From a virus (Duplodnaviria; Heunggongvirae; Uroviricota; Caudoviricetes), in IMG/VR virus record IMGVR_UViG_649989947_000025: DNA of 34,029 bases; one strand, given 5' to 3'. Every line of letters begins with the position of its first letter. Positions within the stretch are counted from its first letter, which is position 1. A program made the translations under genes and the position numbers. Positions 31,373 to 34,029 of this stretch are shown here, piece by piece. The notes under the pieces are model-generated. The model did not search any database and was not told the origin of the DNA. It worked only from the letters and a program-made list of their open reading frames with translations.

Positions 31373-32890
31373 GTGAAATGTGGTGATTGTAATTGGAACT
31401 GGGATGAAGAAACTACCTTTATATTAGACGACGAAGAGGAAATTCTTTCCAAAGACAAACTTAATCGGAGACACTATGCAGAATATCTATATTTTTATCT
31501 TAAGGAAAAGGGGCAAAAGAACAACACGGTAATCAACCTTAATGCAGAATGGGGAGCTGGTAAAAGTTTTTTCATAAAGAGATTTTATAACTCAATAAAA
31601 GATGCACACCCATGCGTTTACATTGATGCCTGGAAGCAAGACTTTTCTGATGATGCATTTTTAACCCTTTTTTCTTCTTTGTCACAACAATTGCAAACAT
31701 ATGCAGGAAAACTTGATGCTCGATTGATACAAAGCGGCCATGCTATCGGACGCTTTACAAAAGGTGTTCTACCTGAAATCATATCTGGCCTAATCAAGAC
31801 TTATGCAGGAGTAGATAACGTAGGTGATATAGCCAAAGAAGCCTCATTAATAATGCTGAAGGAACACCAGGAAAAACTGAAGAGCATTAAGGTATTAAAA
31901 AAAGAACTAACGTTATGGTCTAGGTTGGCATATGAAAATAGTTTTTCATGTCCTATATTTATCTTTATAGATGAATTAGACAGATGCAGGCCAGATTATG
32001 CAATTTCTCTTTTAGAGATTGTTAAACATATATTCGATATTAAAAATTTTGTCTTTATTATTGCTACTGACACAGATCAATTACAACATTCAATCAAGAA
32101 TGTTTACGGTAATGATTTTTCCGCAAATGACTATTTAGGCCGTTTTTTTCATAGAAGATTTACTTTAAAACAACCTGAACTTAAAGATTTAATTAATGGT
32201 GTTGTTGGTGATTATATTGGTACCGATTTTGAAAATATCACATCAAAAACACACCCACTAACAGCAACATTAGAAGACTTTTCAATAAATATTTCCAACG
32301 TATTTGAAGCATTTGGGTTAAATCTAAGAGACTCAATCCGAAATACTGAAAGGTTAATAGACATTCTTAAATCTGATTTAGTCAAAAAGAAAGTAGATTA
32401 TATTTTTATAATTTCGCTAATGATTATATATGATAAGGAACGTCAAATTATAGATGGACTAATTGGTCGAAGAAATGCAGCACAACGTTTCACTGATTCG
32501 ATAAAGCAAAGCTCCAATTTAAAAGGTGTTTCTCAAGCCATCCTTGAATTAAATCTTGATACAAATCAGCAAAGAATAGGTGTCAATTATATCTATAGAA
32601 CGGCGAGCAGTAGATTATTCATCTCACAGATCGAGCCCAAAATAAATTTAACATTAATAAATTACTTAGATGTTGCATTGTATTTTATTAATAATATAAA
32701 CATGCTTAAATCAAGTATAAAAAACAATGGGCAAAATTCACTAATGATTATATCTCAACAAGGCCCTATTGATGGTGATACAGCTATAAAGTATTTGCAA
32801 GGAGCCCTTATAGAGAATGGTCTGAATACATCTTTTTATGCCTTACATAATTACATTGAATTAATTGAACTGGCCACATCATTTGATTAA
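31373..32890 (+). CDS. KAP-family P-loop NTPase
   Basis: Walker A NAEWGAGKSFF, KAP-type Walker B FIFIDELDRC, 505 aa, GTG start with GGAG SD; very AT-rich. Confidence 0.75.
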   Translation: MKCGDCNWNWDEETTFILDDEEEILSKDKLNRRHYAEYLYFYLKEKGQKNNTVINLNAEWGAGKSFFIKRFYNSIKDAHPCVYIDAWKQDFSDDAFLTLFSSLSQQLQTYAGKLDARLIQSGHAIGRFTKGVLPEIISGLIKTYAGVDNVGDIAKEASLIMLKEHQEKLKSIKVLKKELTLWSRLAYENSFSCPIFIFIDELDRCRPDYAISLLEIVKHIFDIKNFVFIIATDTDQLQHSIKNVYGNDFSANDYLGRFFHRRFTLKQPELKDLINGVVGDYIGTDFENITSKTHPLTATLEDFSINISNVFEAFGLNLRDSIRNTERLIDILKSDLVKKKVDYIFIISLMIIYDKERQIIDGLIGRRNAAQRFTDSIKQSSNLKGVSQAILELNLDTNQQRIGVNYIYRTASSRLFISQIEPKINLTLINYLDVALYFINNINMLKSSIKNNGQNSLMIISQQGPIDGDTAIKYLQGALIENGLNTSFYALHNYIELIELATSFD

Positions 32891-32952
32891 AAGCATTGTT
32901 TGAATAAACTAAACCATACATTGACCACTGGTCAAACATACAGTTAAATTTA

Positions 32953-32976
32953 GCCCTCTGATATGAGGGCTTTATT
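32953..32976 (+). terminator. hairpin plus T-tract ending at the int start codon
   Basis: gccctc-tgatat-gagggc then tttatt, then ATG at 32977. Confidence 0.5.
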
Positions 32977-34029
32977 ATGGCAGTACGAAAACTCACCACA
33001 GGAAAATGGCTTTGCGAATGTTACCCCGCCGGACGTAGTGGGCGTCGTGTGCGTAAACAATTCGCCACCAAAGGCGAAGCACTGGCTTTTGAGCGTCACA
33101 CGATGGAAGAAACCGAAGCAAAGCCCTGGCTGGGTGAATCAGTGGATCGTCGAACACTGAAAGACGTGGTTGAGCTATGGTTCAAACTACATGGTAAATC
33201 TCTGACTGCTGGGCAGCATGTCTATGACAAATTGCTGCTGATGGTTGACGCTCTGGGCAATCCCCTTGCAACTGATCTAACCTCTAAAATGTTTGCCCAC
33301 TATCGAGATAAACGCCTGACAGGTGAGATCTACTTCAGTGAGAAATGGAAGAAAGGAGCAAGCCCGGTCACCATTAACCTGGAGCAAAGCTATCTAAGTA
33401 GTGTTTTTAGCGAACTATCCCGCCTGGGCGAATGGTCGTATCCGAACCCACTGGAGAACATGCGAAAATTCACCATCGCAGAAAAAGAGATGGCATGGCT
33501 TACCCATGAGCAGATTGTTGAATTACTAGCTGATTGCAAACGTCAGGACCCAATTCTGGCACTGGTAGTTAAGATATGCTTAAGCACAGGCGCACGCTGG
33601 CGAGAAGACGTAAATCTTACCCGCTCACAGGTGACCAAATACCGAATTACCTTTGTAAGAGCGAAGGGGAAGAAAAACAGAAGCATCCCTATCAGTAAAG
33701 AGCTTTACGAAGAGATCATGGCGCTTGATGGGTTCAATTTCTTCACAGACTGCTATTTTCAATTTTTATCCGTGATGGAAAAAACGTCTATCGTGCTCCC
33801 TCGCGGTCAACTCACACACGTTCTGCGCCATACGTTTGCGGCGCACTTCATGATGTCGGGTGGAAACATTCTGGCTTTACAAAAAATTCTCGGACACCAC
33901 GATATAAAAATGACTATGCGTTACGCACATCTGGCACCGGATCATCTGGAAACGGCGCTCCGTTTCAATCCTCTGGCAACGCTGCCAAGTGGCGACAAAG
34001 TGGCGGCAGCGGTTGGCATTACCCCGTAA
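32977..34029 (+). CDS. int: tyrosine integrase (P2/186 Int family)
   Basis: 350 aa with RHTFA and HHDIKMTMRYAHL motifs (catalytic R..H..R..Y); stop codon is the last 3 nt of the window. Confidence 0.9.
   Translation: MAVRKLTTGKWLCECYPAGRSGRRVRKQFATKGEALAFERHTMEETEAKPWLGESVDRRTLKDVVELWFKLHGKSLTAGQHVYDKLLLMVDALGNPLATDLTSKMFAHYRDKRLTGEIYFSEKWKKGASPVTINLEQSYLSSVFSELSRLGEWSYPNPLENMRKFTIAEKEMAWLTHEQIVELLADCKRQDPILALVVKICLSTGARWREDVNLTRSQVTKYRITFVRAKGKKNRSIPISKELYEEIMALDGFNFFTDCYFQFLSVMEKTSIVLPRGQLTHVLRHTFAAHFMMSGGNILALQKILGHHDIKMTMRYAHLAPDHLETALRFNPLATLPSGDKVAAAVGITP

Overview
The window opens with a conserved enterobacterial chromosomal locus (grxA, ybjM, ybjL; 1-2620) and then runs through about 31 kb of a degenerate P2/186-like prophage, from ogr (2856) to the integrase stop (34029). 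Recognisable phage modules: late genes ogr-D-U-T-E/E'-FII-FI, then S-R-lysC/B/A-K-Y-X-L-M-N-O on the minus strand, P and Q on the plus strand, a cos-like site, a LexA-boxed tum/dinI-like operon, an early region (A, dam, Zn-finger, cII, apl, cI) and int. The prophage looks damaged in three places: an IS100-like element (22884-24837, 5-bp target duplication GCAGC) splits replication gene A; the whole baseplate/tail-fibre block that P2-type phages carry between S and FI is absent, leaving only a Gin/Pin-type invertase; and the tape-measure gene is split across two frames. Three AT-rich cargo islands stand out against the GC-richer backbone: (1) a PRTase + DprA-like pair between the portal gene and cos, resembling a ShosTA-type toxin/defence module; (2) an orphan, highly acidic small protein next to cos; (3) a tandem-HTH CI-repressor paralog plus a KAP-family P-loop NTPase inserted between cI and int, which I consider the best candidate for an undescribed prophage-borne exclusion module. 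All assignments rest on reading the ORF translations and motifs by eye; no database search was possible.
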